Shown one piece after another: positions 40,401 through 55,400 of a stretch of 64,000 nucleotides of DNA. Position numbers and translations under genes: made by a program. Positions within the stretch are counted from its first letter, which is position 1. Each line of letters begins with the position of its first letter. The DNA comes from the human T2T-CHM13v2.0 reference genome, Homo sapiens, in assembly GCF_009914755.1 (NCBI RefSeq), contig NC_060938.1; one strand, 5' to 3'. The notes beneath the pieces were generated by a model. The model was not told where the DNA came from and did not search any database. It worked only from the letters and a program-made list of their open reading frames with translations.

Positions 40401-43400
40401 AGTTGAAACTATCTTTTGATTGAGCAGTATAGAATCTTTATGTAGAATCTGCAAGTGGATATTTGGAGCCCTATGAGCCCTATGGTGGAAAAGGAAATAT
40501 CTTCAAATACAAAATACACAGAAGCATTCAGAGAAACTTCTTTGTGATGAGTGCCTTCATCACACAGACTTGAACCTTTCTTTGGATTGAGCAGTTTTGA
40601 AACACTCTTTTCATAGAATCTGCAAGTGAATATTTGGAGGGCTTTGAGACCTATTTTGGAGAAGGAGATATCTTCAAATAAAAACTAGAGAGAAGCATTC
40701 TCAGAAACTTATTTGTGATGTGTGCATTCAAGTCACGGAAGTGAACCTATCTTTTGATGGAGCAGTTTTGAATCTCTCTTCTTGTAGATTCTGAAAGTGG
40801 ATATTTGGAGCACTTTGAGGTCTACTGTGGAAAATCAAATATCTTCACATAAGAACTACACAAAAGGATTCTGAAAAACTATTTTCTGATGTGTGCATTC
40901 AACTCACAGAGTTGAACTTATCTTTTGAATGAGGAGATTTGAAACTCTCTTTTTGCAGAATCTGCAAGTGGACATTTGAAGCCCTTTGAGGCTTACTATA
41001 AAAAGCAAATATCTTCACATAAGAACTACACAGAAGCATTCTGAGAAACTACTTTGTGATGTGTGCATTCAACTCACAGATTTGAACCTATCTTTTGATT
41101 GAGCAGTTTAAAATATTTTTTTGGTAGAATCAGCAAGTGGATATTTGGAGCCCTTTGCTACCTTTGGTGGAAAAGGAAATACCTTCAAATAAAAACTACA
41201 TAGAAGCATTCTGAAAAACTTCTTTGTGATGTGTGCATTCTTCTCACAGGGTTGAACCTATCTAATGACTGAGCAGTTTTGAAACACTCATTTTGTAGGA
41301 ACCGCAAGTGGATATTTGGTGCGTTTGAGGGCTTCGTGGAAAAGCAAATACCTTCACATAAAAACTACACAGAAGCATTCTGAGAAACTTCTTTGTGATG
41401 TGTGCATTCATCTCACAGTGTTGGACGTTTCTTTTGATTGAGCAGTTTTGAAACACTCTTTTTGTAGAATCTGCAAGTGGATATTTGGAGCGCTTTGAGG
41501 CCTAATGTGGAAAATCAAATATCTTCACATAAAAACTACACAAAGGCATTCTGAGAAACTTCTTTGTTTTGTGTGCATTCAACTCACATAGTTGAAGTTA
41601 TCTTTTGATTGAGATGCTTTGAATCTCCTTTTTGCAAAATCTGCACGTGGATATTTGGAACCCTATTTCACCCTATAGTGGAAAAGCAGATATCTTCACA
41701 TAAACAAACACTACACAGAAGCATTCAGAGAAAGTTCTTTGTGATGTGTGCATTGAACATGCAGAGTTGAAACTATATTTTCATTGTACAGTTTTGAATA
41801 TCTCTTTTTGTAGAATCTGCAAGTGGAAGTTTGGAGCTCTTTGCACCCTGTGGTGTAAAAGGAAATATCTTCATATAAAAACTACACAGAAGCATTCAGA
41901 GACTTCTTTGTGATGAATGCATTCCTCACACAGAGTTGAACCTTTCTTTTTATTGAGTAGTATTGAAACCTTCTTTTTGCAGAATCACCAATTGGATATT
42001 TGGAGAGCTTTGAGGCCTGTTTTGGAAAAGGAAATATCTTCAAATTAAAACTACACAGAAGCATTCTGAGAAACTTCTTTGGGATTTGTGCATTCAACTC
42101 TCAGAGTTGAACCTATCTTATGATTCAGCAGTTTGGAAACACTCTTTTTGTAGAATCTACAAGTGGATACTTAGAGCGATTTGAGGTCTACTGTGGAAAA
42201 GCAAATATCTTCACATAAAAACAACACAGAAGCACTCTGAGAAACTTCTTTGTGATGTGTGATTTCAACTCACAGAGATGAACCTATCTTCTGATGGAGT
42301 AGTTTAGAATCTCTCTTTTTTTAGAATCTGCAAGTGGATATTTGGAGCGCTTTGAGACCTACTGTGGAAAAGCAAATATCTTCACATAAAAACTAGACAG
42401 AAGCATTCTGAGATACATCTTTGTGATGTGTGCATTCATCTCATAGTGTTAAACCTTTCTTTTGATGGTTCAGTTTTGAAACACTCTTTTTGTAGAATCT
42501 GGAAGTGGATATTGGGAGCCCTTTGAGGCCTATGGTGGAAAAGGAAATATCTTCAAATAAAAACTACACAGAAGCGTTCTGAGAAACTTCTTTGTGATGT
42601 GTACATTCAACTCACAGTGTTCAACCTTTCTTTTGATTGAGCAGTTTTGAAACACCTCTTTTGTAGAATCTGGAAGGTGATAATTGCAGGACTTTGAGGT
42701 CTATTTTGGAAAAGAAAATATCTTCACTTAAAAACTACGCAGAAATATTGTGAGAAACTTCTTTGTTATGTGTGCATTCAACTCACAGAGTTGAACCTAT
42801 CTTTTGATTGAGCAGTTTTGAATCTCTCATTTTGCAGAATCTGCAAATGGATATTTGGAGCCCTTTGCTACCTATGGTGGAAAAGGATATACCTTCAAAT
42901 AAAAACTACACAGAGGCATTCTGAGAAACTTCTTTGTGATTGTGCATTCAACTCACAGAGTTAAACTTATCTTATGATTGACCAGTTTTGGAACACTCTT
43001 TTCATAGGATCTGCAAGTGGATATTTGGTGTCCTTTGAGGCCTATCGTGGAAAAGCAAATAACTTCAGATAAAAACTATACAGAAGCGTTCTGAGAAACT
43101 TCTTTGTGATGTATGCATTGATATCACAAAGTTGAAACTTTATTTTGATTGAGCAGTTTTGAAACACTCTTTTTGTAGAATGTGCAAGTGGATAATTGGG
43201 GAGATTTGAGGAATATTGTGGAAAAGCAAATATCTTCCTATAAAAACTACACAGAAGCCTTCTGAGAAACATCTTTGTGAGGTTTGCATTCAACTCACAG
43301 AGTAGAAGCTATCTTTTGATTGAGGAGTTTTGAATCTCTCTTTTTTCAGAATCTGCAAGTGGATATTTGGAGCGCTTTGAGGCCTACTTTTGAAAATCAA

Positions 43401-46400
43401 ATATCTTCCCTTAAAAACTACACAGAAGCATTCTCAGAAATTGTTTGTCATGTGTGCTTCCTAATCACCGAGTTGAACCTATCTTGTGATTGAACAGTTT
43501 TGAATCTCTCTTTTTGTAGAATCTGCAAGTGGATATTTTTAGTCCTTTGCAGACTGTGGTGGAAAAGGAATGATCTTGAAATCAATTCTACACAGAAGCA
43601 TTCAGACAAACTTCTTTGTGATGAGTGCATTCGTCACACAGAGTTGATCCTTTCCTTTGATTGAGCAACTCTGAAACACTCTTTTAGAGGGTCTGCAAGT
43701 GGATATTTTAGAGCTTTGGGACAATTGTGGAAAAGTAAATATCTTCACATAAAAACTACACAGAGGCATTCTGAGAAACTTCTTTGTGAGATGTGCATTC
43801 AACTCACAGAGTTGAACCTATCTTTTCATTGAGCAGTTTTGAATCTCTCTTTTTGTAGACTCTGCTTGCGGATATTTGGAGAGCTTTGAGGCCTATTGTG
43901 GAAAAGGAAATATCTTCACATAAAAACACACAGAAGCATTCTGAGAAACTTCTTTGTGAGGTGTGCATTCAACTCACAGAGTTGAACCTATCTTTTGATT
44001 GAGCAGTTTTGAATCTCTCTTTTTGTAGAAGCTGCATGTGGATATTTGGAGACTTTTGCGGCCTATGGTGGAAAAGGTAATACCTTCAAATAAAAACTAG
44101 ACAGAAGCATTTTGAGAAACTTCTCTGTGCTGTGTGCATTCATATCACAGGGTTGAAACTACCTTTTGATTGAGCAGTTTTGAATCTCTCTTTTTGTACC
44201 ATGTGCAAGTGGATATTTGGAGCCCTTTGTGGTCTATGGTGGAAAAGGAACTATCCTCAAATAAAAACTACACAGAAGTATTCTGAGAAACTTCTTCGTG
44301 ATGTGTGCATTCTTCTCACAGAGTTGAACCTTTGTTTTGCTTGAGCAGTTTTGAGACCATCTTTCCATAGGATCTGGAAGTGAATATTTGGAGGGCTTTG
44401 AGATCTATTTTGGAGAAGGAGATATCTTCATATAAAAACTACAGAGAAGCATTCTGAGAAACATCTTTGTGAGGTGTGCACTGAAGTCACAGAGTTCAAA
44501 CTATCTTTTGATTCAGCAATTTTGAATCTCTCTTTTTGCAGAATCTGTGAGTGGATATTCGGAGCGCTTTGTGGCCTACTGTGGAAAACCAAATATCTTC
44601 ACATAAAAACTACACAGAAGCATCCTGAGAAACTTCTTGGTGATGTGGTCTTTCAACTAATAGAGTTGAACCTATCTTTTGATTGAGCAGTTTTGAATCT
44701 CTCTTTTTGCAGAATCTGCAAGTGGATATTTGGAGAACTTTGAGGCCTACTGTGGAAAATCAAATATCTTCCCATAAAAACTACACAGAAGCATTCTGAG
44801 AAACCTCTTTGTCATACATACATTCATCTCACAGGGTTGATCCTATTTTATGATTGAGCACTTTTGAAACACTCTTTTTGTAGAATCTGCAAGTGAATAT
44901 TTGGAGCTCATTGGGGCCTACTGTGGAAAAACCAATATCTTCACATAAAAACTACACAGAAGCATTCTGAGAAACTGCTTTGTGATGTGTGCATTCATCT
45001 CACAGAGTAGAACCTTTCTTTTGATTGAGCAGTTCTGAAACACTCTTTTTGTAGAATCTGCAAGTGGATATTTGGAAAGTTTTGAGGCCTATTGTGGAAA
45101 GGGAAATATCTTCAAATAAAAACTACCCAGAAGCACTCTGTGAAACTTCTTTGTGATGTGTGCATTCAACTAACAGTGTTGAACCTATCTTTTGATTGAG
45201 CAGTTTGGAATCTCTCTTTTTGTAGAATCTGCAAGTGAATATTTGGAGCCCTATTTCGCCCTATAGTGGAAAAGCAAATATCTTCAAATAAAACTACACA
45301 GAAGCATTCAGAGAAACTTCTTTGTGATGAATGCATTCATCACACAGATTTGAAACTTTATTTTGATTTAGCAGTTTTGAGACAATCTTTCCGTAGAATC
45401 TTGAAGTGAATATTTGGAGGGCTTCGAGTTCTGTTTTGGAGAAGGAGATATCTTCATATAAAAACTACACAGAAGCTTTCTGAGAAACTTCTTTGTGATG
45501 AATGCATTCCTCACACAGAGTTGAACCTTTCTTTTTATTGAGCAGTATTAAAACCCTCTTTTTGCAGAATCAACAAGTGGATATTTGGAGAGCTTTGAAG
45601 CCTGTTTTGGAAAAGGAAGTATCTTCAAATTAAAACTAAACAGAAGCATTCTGAAAAACTTCATTGTGATGTGTGCATTCAACTCTCAGAGTTGAACCTA
45701 TCTTATGATTGAGCAGTTTGGAAACACTCTTTTTGTAGAATCTGCAAGTGGATATTTAGAGAGATTTGAGGCCTATTGTAGAAAAGGAAATATCTTCACA
45801 TAGAAACTACGCAGAAGCATTCTGAGAAACTTCTTTGGGATGTGTGCATTCAACTAACAGTGTTAAACCTATCTTTTGATTGAGCAGCTTAGAATCTCTC
45901 TTTTTGTAGAAAATGCAAGTGGATATTTGGAGCCCCATTTCGCCCTATGGTGGAAAACAAAACATCTTCACATAAAAACTACACAGAAGCATTCTGAGAA
46001 ACTTCTTTGTGATGTTTGCATTCAACTCACCGAGTCGAACCTATCTTTTGATAGAGCAGTTTTGTATCTCTCTTTTTGCAGAATCTGCAAGTGGATATTT
46101 GGAAAGCTTTGAGGCCTATTGTGAAAAGGAAATATCTACACATAAAAACTACAGAGAAGCATTCTGAGAAACTTCTTTGTGAGGTATAGATTCAACCCAC
46201 AGAGTTGGACTTATCTTTTCATTGAGCAGTTTTGAATGTCTCTTTTTGTAGAATCTGCAAGTGGATATTTAGAGCCCTTTGCAACCTATGGTGGAAAAGG
46301 AAATAACTTCAAATAACAACTACACAGAAGCCTTCAGAGAAACTTCTTTGTGATGAGTGCATTCATCCCACAGAGTTGAAACTTCCTTTTTATTGAGCAG

Positions 46401-49400
46401 TTTTGAAACATTATTTTTGCAGAATCAGCAAGTGGATATTTGGAGAGCACTGTGGCCTATTGTGGAAAAGGAAATCTCTTCATATAAAAACTACACAGGA
46501 GCATTCAGAGAAACTACTTTGTGATGTGTGCATTGAACTCACAGAGTTGAACCTGTCTTTTGATTGAGCAGTTTTGAATCTCTCTTTTTGTAGAATCTGC
46601 AAGTGGATATTTGGAGCCCTTTGCAGCCTATGATTGAAAAGGAAATATATTCAAATAAAAACTACACAGAAGCATTCTGAGAAACATCTTTGTGATGTGT
46701 GCATTCGTCTCACAGGGTTGAACCTATCTTCTGATTGAGCAGTTTCAAAAAACTCTTTTTGTAGAATCTGCAAGTGGATATTTGGAGTGCTTTGAGGCCT
46801 ACCATGGAAAAGCAAATATCTTCAGATAAAAACTACGCAGAAGCAATCTGACAAACTTCTTTGTGCTGTGTGCATTCATCTGACAGAGTGGAAATTTTCT
46901 TTTCATTGAGCAGTTTTTAAACACTCTTTTTCTAGAAACTGCAATTGGATACTTGGAGACCTTTGAGACCTCCATGGAAAAGGAAATATCTTCACATAAT
47001 AATCACACAGAAGCATTCTGAGAAACTTCTTTTTGATGTGCGCATTCATCTCACAGAGTTAAACCTTTCTTTTGATTCGGCAGTTTTGAAACACTCTTTT
47101 TGTACATTCTGCAAGTGGATATTTGGAGCGATTTGAAGCCTATTGTGGGAAAGGAAATATCCTCACATAAAAACTACACACAAGCATTCTGAGAAAGTTC
47201 TTTTTGATATGTGCATTCATCTAACAGTTGAACCCTTCTTTTGATTGCGCAGTTTGAAACACTCTTTTTGTAGAATCTGCAAGTGGATATTTGGAGCGAT
47301 TTGAGGCCTATTGTGGAAAAGAAAATATCTTCAAATAAAAACTACAAGGAAGCATTCAGAGAAACTCCTTTGTGATGAGTGCGTTAATCAGACAGAGTTG
47401 AAACTTTCTTTGCATTGAGCAGTTTGAAGCACTCTTTTTGTAGAATCTGGAAGGGGGTATTTGAGGGCTTTGAGGCTTATTTGAAGAAGGAGATATCTTC
47501 ACATAAAAACTACACAGAAGCATTCTGAGAAACCTCTTTGTGATGAATGCTTTAAACACAGAGTGTCGAACCTATCTTTTGATTGGGCATTATTGAATCT
47601 CTCTTTTTGCAGAATCTGCAAGTGGATATTTGGAGAGCTTTGAGGCGTACTGTTGAAAAGGAAATATCTTCACATAAAAACTACACAGAAGGATTCTGAG
47701 AAAGTTCTTTGTGAGGTGTGCCTTCAACTCACAGAGTTGAACTTATCTTTTGATTGAGCAGTTTTGGATCTCTCTTTTTGTAGAATTTTCAAGTGGACAT
47801 TTGGAGCCCTTTGTGCCCTATATTTGAAAAGGAAATATCTTCAAATAAAAACTACACAGAAGGATTCAGATAAACTTCTTTGTGATGAGTGTATTCATCA
47901 CACAGAGTTGAAACTTTCTTTTTATTGAACAGTTTCAAAACACTCTTTTTATAGAATCAGCAAGTGGATATTTGGTGAGATATGAGGCCTATTGTGGAAA
48001 AGGAAATATCTTCCAATAAAAACTACACAGAAGCATTCTGAGAAACTACTTTGTGATGTGTGCATTCAACTCACAGAGGTGAACCAATCTTTTGATTGAG
48101 CAGTTTTGAAACACTCTTTTTGTAGAATCTGGAAGTGGATATTTTGTGGGCTTTGAGGTCTATTTCGGAAAAGGAAATATCTACATATAAAAACTACACA
48201 GAAATATTCTGAGAAACTTCTCTGTTATGTGTGCATTCAACTCACAGAGTTGAACATATCTTTTGATTGAGGAGTCTGGAATCTCTCATTTTGCAGAAAC
48301 TGAAAGTGGATATTTGGATCCTTTTGAGGCATACTGTGGAAAAGCAAATATCTTCACATAAAATCTACACAGAGGCATTCTGCAAAACTTCTTTGAGATG
48401 TGTGCATTCAAATCACGGAGTTGAACCTATCTTTTGATTGAGCAGTTTTTAATTTCTCTTTTTGTAGAATCTGCAAGTGGAGGTTTGGAGCACTTTGTGG
48501 CCTATGGTGGAAAAGGAGATATCTTCAAATGAAAACTACACAGAAATATTCTGAGAAACTTCTTTGTGATGTGTGCATTCATCTCACAGGGTTGAACCTA
48601 TCTTATGATTGAGCAGTTTTGATATGCTCTTTTTGTAGGATCTGCAAGTGGATATTTGGAGCGCTTTGAGGCCTACCATGGAAATGAAATAACATCATAT
48701 AAAAACTACACAGAAGCATTCTGAGAGACTCCTTTGTGATGTGTGCATTCATCTCACAGAGTTAAACCTTTATTTTGATGGAGCAGTTTTGAAACACACT
48801 TTTTGTAGAATCTGCAAGTGGATATTTGGGGTGATTTGAGGCATATTTTGGAAAAAGAAATATCTTCATTTAAAAACCACACAGAAACATTCTGAGAAAC
48901 ATTTTTGTGATGTGTGCACTAAACTCACAGAGTTGAACCTATCTTTTGATTGAGCAGTTTAGAATCTCTCTTTTTATAGAATCTGCAAGTAGATATTTGA
49001 AGACCTTCTTGCCCTATGGTGGAAAAGGAAATATCTTCACATAAAAACTACACAGAAGCATTCTGAGAAACTTCTTTGTGAGGTGTTCATTCAACTCACA
49101 GAGTTGAACCTATCTTTTTATTGATCAGTTTTGAATCTCTCTTTTTGCAGAATCTGCAAGTGGATATTTGGAGCGCTTTGAGGCCTACAGTGGAAAATCA
49201 AATATCTTCCCATAAAAACTACACAGACGCATTCTGAGAAACTTCTTTGTCATGTGTGCTTTCAAATCACATAGTTTAAACTATCTTGTGACTGAGAAGT
49301 TTTTAGTCTCTCTTCTTGTAGAATCTGCAAGTGGATATTTGGAGATCTCTGTGGCCTGTGGTGTAAAAGGAAATATCTTCAACTAAATACCACACAAAAG

Positions 49401-52400
49401 CATTCAGAGAAACTTCTTCGTTGTGAATGTATTCATCACAGAGAGGTGAAACTTTCCTTTGATTGAACACTTTTGAAACACTCTTTTTGTAGAATCTGCA
49501 AGTGGATATTTTAGAGCTTTGAGGAAAATTGTGAAAAATGAAATACTTTGACATAAAACCTACAGAGAAGCATCCTGAGAAACTTCTTTGTGAGGTGTGC
49601 ATTCAACTCACAGAGTTGAACCTATCATTTCATTGAACAGTTTTGAATATCTCTTTTTGTAGAATCTGCAATTGGATATTTGGAGCTCTTTGCGCCCTAT
49701 GGTGGAAAAGAAAATATCTTCATATAAAAAATGCACAGAAGCATTCTGAGAAACTTCCTCATGATGTGTGCTTTCAAATCACAGAATTGAACCTATCTTT
49801 TGATAGAGCAGTTTTGAATCTCTCTTTTTGCAGAATCTACAAGTGGATATCTGGAGAGCTTTGAGGCCTATTTGGAAAAGGAAATATCTTCACAAAAAAA
49901 ACTATACAGAAGCATCCTGAGAAACTTCTTTGTGAGTTGTGCATTCAACACGCAGAGTTGAACTTATCTTTTCGTTGAGCACTTTTGAGTTCCTCTTTTT
50001 ATAGAATCTGCAATTGGATATTTGGAGCTCTTTGCGCCCTATGCTGGAAAAGGAAATATCTTCACATAACAACTACACAGAAGCATTCTGAGAAACTTCT
50101 TTGTGATGTGTGCGTTCAACTCGCAGAGTTGAACCTATCTTATGATAGAGCAGTTTTGAAACACTCTTTTTGTAGAATCTGCAGGTAGGTATTTGGAGCG
50201 CTTTGTGGCCTACTGTGGAAAAGAAAATATCTTCAACTAAATACTACACAGAAGCATTCCGAGAAAATTCTTTGTGATGTGAGCGTTCAACTCACAGAGT
50301 TGAACCTATCTTATGATTGAGCAGTTTTCAAACAAAATTTTTGTAGTATCTGAAAGTTTATATTTGGAGCCCTTAGAGGCCTCCATGGAAAAGCAAATAT
50401 TCTCAAATAAAAACTACACAGAAGTATTCTGAGAAACTACTTTGAGATGTATGCATTCATCTCACAGAGTTGAACTTTTCTTCTGATTCAGCAGTTTTGA
50501 ATCACTCTTTTTGTAGAATCTTCAAGTGGATATTTGGAGTCTTTTGAGGCCTATTTTGAAAAAGGAAATATCTTCACATAAAAACTACACAGAAGTATTC
50601 TGAGAAACTTCTTTGTGATGTATGCATTCATCTCACAGAGTTGAACCTTTCTCTTGATTGAGCAGTTTTCAAACACTCTTTTTGTAGAATCTGCAAGTGG
50701 ATATTTAGAGCGATTTGATGCCTATTGTGGAAAAGAATATATCTTCACATACAAACTACAGAGAAGCATTCTGTGAAACTTCTTTGTGATGTGTGCATTC
50801 AACTCACAGTGTTGAACCTATCTTTTGATTGAGCAGTTTAGAATCTCTCGTTCTGCAGAATCTGCAAGTGGATATTTGGAGCCCTCTTTCGCCCTATGGT
50901 GGAAAAGCAAATATCTTCAAATAAAAACTACACAGAAGCATTCAGAGAAACTTCTTTGTGATGAGTGCATTCATCACACAGAGATGAACCTTTGTTTTGA
51001 TTGAGCAGTTTTGAGACACTTTTTTCGTAGAATCTGGAAGTGGAAATTTGGATGGCTTTGAGCCCTATTTTGGAGAAGGAGTTATCTTCACATAAAAACT
51101 ACAGAGTAGCATTCTGAGAAATTTCTTTGTGAGGTGTGCATTGGAGTCACAGAGTTGGACTTATCTTTTGATTCAGCAGTTTTGAATCTCTCCTTTGCAG
51201 ATTCTGCAAGTGGATACTGGGAGCGCTTTGAGGCTAACTGTGGAAAATCAAATGTCTTCACATAAAATCTGCACAGAAGCATTCTGAGAAACTTCTTTGT
51301 GATTTGCGCTTTCAACTCACAGAGTACAACGTATCTTTTGATAGAGCAGTTTTGAATCTCTCTTTTTGCAGAATCTACAAGTGGATATCTGGAGAGCTTT
51401 GAGGCCTATTTGGAAAAGGAAATATCTTCACAAAAAAACTATACAGAAGCATCCTGAGAAACTTCTTTGTGAGTTGTGCATTCAACACACAGACTCAAAC
51501 ATACTTTTTGGTTGAACAGTTTTGAATCTCTCTTTTTGCAGAATCTGCAAGTGGATATTTGGAGAGATTTGGGGCTTATTTTGGAAAAGGAAATATCTTC
51601 ATTAAAAAACTACACAGAAGCATTCTGAGAAACTTCTTTGTGAGGTGTGCATTTAACTCGCAGAGTTGAACTTATCTTTTCATTGAGTACTTTTGAATCT
51701 CTCTTTTTGTAGAATCTGCAAGTGGATATTTGGAGCTCTTAGTGCCCCATGGTGGAAAAGAAAATATCTTCACATAAATAGTACAGAGAAGAATTCAGAG
51801 AAAATTTTTTGTGATTTATTCATTCCTCAAACAGGGTTGAACCTTTCTTTTTATTGAGCAGTTTTGAAACACCCTTTTTGCAGAATCAATTTGGAGAGTT
51901 TTGAGGCCTATTGTGGAAAGATATATCCTAAAATAAAAAATACACGGAAGCATTCTGAGAAACTTCATTGTTTTGTGTGCATTCAACTCACAGAGTTGAA
52001 CCTATCTATTGATTGAGCAGTTTTGAAAACCTCTTTTTTAGAAACTGCAAGTGGATATTTGGAGCCCTTTGCGCCCTGTGGTGGAAAAGGAAATATCTTC
52101 AAATAAAAACTACACAGAAGCATTCAAAGAAACTTCCTTGTGAAGTGTGCATTCATCTGTGATGTGTGCTTTCACTTCACAGAATTGAACCTATCTTTTG
52201 ATTGAGCAGTTTTGAAACTCTCTTTTTGTGGAATCTGCAAGTGGATATTTGGAACCCTTTGCAGCCTATGGTGGAAAAGGAAATATTTTCAAATAAATAA
52301 TACACAGAAGCATTCAGAGAAACTTCTTCGTGGTGAGTGCCTTCATCACAGAGAGTTGAACCTTTCCTTTGATTGAGCAGTTTTGAAACACTCTTTTTGC

Positions 52401-55400
52401 AGGATCTGCAGGTGGATATTTTAGTGTTTTGAGGCCAAATGTGGAAAATCAAATATCTTCACATAAAAACTACACAGAAGCATTCTGGGAAACTACTTAG
52501 GGAGGTGTGCATTCAACTCACAGAGTTGAACCTATCTTTTCATTGAGCAGCATTGAGTCTCTCTTTCTGTAGAATCTGCAAGTGGATATTTGGAGAGATT
52601 TGAGGCCTATTGTGGAAAAGGAAATATCTTCACATAAAAACTACACAAAAGCATTCTGAGAAAATTCTTTGTGAGGTATGCATTGAACTCACATAATTGA
52701 ACCTATCTTTTGATTGAGCCGTTTAGATTATCTCTTTTTGTAGAATCTGCAAGTGGATATTTGGAGCCCTTAGCAGCCTATGGTGGAAAAGGAAATATCA
52801 TCAAATAAAAACTACACAGAAGCATTCTGAGAAACATCTTTATGATGTTTCCATTCATCTCACAGGGTGGAACCTGTCTTTTGATTGAGTAGTTTAGAAT
52901 CTCTCTTTTTGTAGAATCTGCAAGTGGTTATTTGAGCCCTATTTCACCCAATAGTGGAAAAGCAAATATCTTCAAATAAAAACTACACAGAATCATTCAG
53001 AGAAACTACTTTGTGATGAGTGCATTCATCACACAGAGTTGAACGTTTGTTTTGATTGATCAGTTTTGAGACATTCTTTCCGTAGAATCTGAAAGTGAAT
53101 ATTTGGAGGGCTTCGAGTCCTATTTTGGAGAAGGAGATATCGTCATATAAAAACTACACAGAAGCATTCTGAGAAACTTCCTTGTGAGGTGTGCATTGAA
53201 CTCAAAAAGTTGAATCTATCTTTTGATTCAGCAGTTTTGAATCTCTCTTTTTTGCAGAATCTGAGAGTGGATATTTGGAGCTCTTTGAGACCTACTGTGG
53301 AAAATCAAATATCTTCACATAAAAACTACACAAAAGTATTCTGGGAAACCTCTTTGTGATTAGTACACTCATGTCACAGAGTTGATCCTTTCTTTTGATA
53401 GAGATGTTTTGAAACACTGTTTTTGTAGAATCTACAAAGGGTTATTTGGTGGAAAAGGAAATATTCTCAAATAAAAACTACACAGAAACATTCTGAGAAA
53501 CTTCATTGTGATGTGTGCATTCAACTCACAGAGTTGAACCTATTTTTTGATTGAGCAGTTTTGAATCTCTCTTTTTGTAGAATCTGCAAGTGGATATTTG
53601 GAGCCCTTAGTGCCCTGTGGTGGAAAAGGAAATATTTTCAAATAAAAACTACAAAGAAGCATTCGGAGAAACTTCCTTGCGATGTGTGCATTCATCTCAC
53701 AGAGTTGAAACTTTCTTTTGACTGAGCAGTTTTGAAACACTCGTTCTATAGAATCTGCAAGAGGATATTTGGAGCACTTTGAGACCTACATTGGAAAATC
53801 AAATATCTTCTATAAAAACTACACAGAAGCATTCTGAGAAACTTCTTTGTCATGTGTGCTTTCAAATCACATAGTTTAAACTATCTTGTGACTGACCAGT
53901 TTTTAATCTCTCTTTTTGAAGAATCTGCAAGTGGATATTTGGAGCCCTTTTTGACCTATGGTAGAAAAGGAAATATCTTCAAATAAAAACTACACAGAAG
54001 CATTCTGAGAAACTTCTTTGAAATGTGTGCATTCGTCTTTTGGGGATGAACCTATCTTATGATTGAGCAGTTTTGAAACATTCTTTTTGTAGTATCTGCA
54101 AGTTTATATTTAGAGCCCTTAGAGGCCTCCGTGGAAAAACAAATATCCTCACATTAAAACTACACAGAAGCATTCTGAGAAACTTCTTTGTGTTGTGTGC
54201 ATTCATCTCACAGAGTTGAAACTTTCTTTTGATTCAGCACTTTTGAAACACTCTTTTTGCATAATCTTCAAGTGGATAATTGGAGCCTTTTGAGGCCTAT
54301 TGTGGAAAAGGAAATATCTGCACATAAAAACTATGCAGAAGAATTCTGAGAAACTTCTTTGTGAGGTTTGCTTTCAACTCACAGAGTTGAACATATCTTT
54401 TAATTGAGTAGTTTTGAATCTCCCTTTTTGCCGTATCTGCAAGTGGATATTTGCAGCACTTTGAGGCCTACTGTGGAAAATCAATGATCTTCCCATAAAA
54501 ACTACACAGAAGTAGTCTGAGACACTTCTTTGTGATGTGTGCTTTCAACTCACAGTGTCAGACATATCTTTTGAATGAACAGTTTTGAATCTCTCTTTTT
54601 GAAGTATCTGCAAGTGGATATTTGGAGAGCTTTGAGGCCTATTTTGGAAAAGGAAATACCTTCACATAAAAACTACACAGAAGCATTCTTAGAAACTTCT
54701 TTGTGAGTTGTGCATTCAACTCACAGAGTTGAACTTATCTTGTCATTGAGAACTTTTGAATCTCTTTTTGTAGAATCTGCAAGTGGATATTTTGAGCCCT
54801 TTGTGCCTTATGGTGGAATAGGAAATATCTTCAAATAAAAACTACACAGAAGCATTCAGAGAAACTTCTTTGTGATGAATGCATTCCTCACACAAAGTTG
54901 AACCTTTCTTTTTATTGAGCTGTTTTGAAACACCCTTTTTGCAGAATGACCAATTGGATATTTGGAGAGTTTTGAGGCCTATTGTGTAAAAGGAAATATC
55001 CTCAAATAAAAACTATACAGAAGCATTCTGAGAAACTTCATTGTGATGTGTGCATTCAACTCACAGAGATGAACCTATCTTTTGACTGAGCAGTTTTGAA
55101 TCTCTCTTTTTGTAGAATCTGCAAGTGGATATTTGGAGCCCTTTGTGCCTTATGGTGGAAAAGGAAATATCTTCATATAAAAACGACACAGAAGCATTCA
55201 GAGAAACTTCTTTGTGATGAATACATTCCTCACACGGAGTTGAACCTTTCTTTTTATTGAGCAGTTTTGAAACGTCCTTTTTGAAGAATGACCAAGTGGA
55301 TATTTGTACAGTGTGGGGCATATTGTGGAAAAGGAATTATCTTCACATTAAAACTACGTGGAAGCATTCTGAGAAAATCATTTGTGATGAGTGCATTCAT

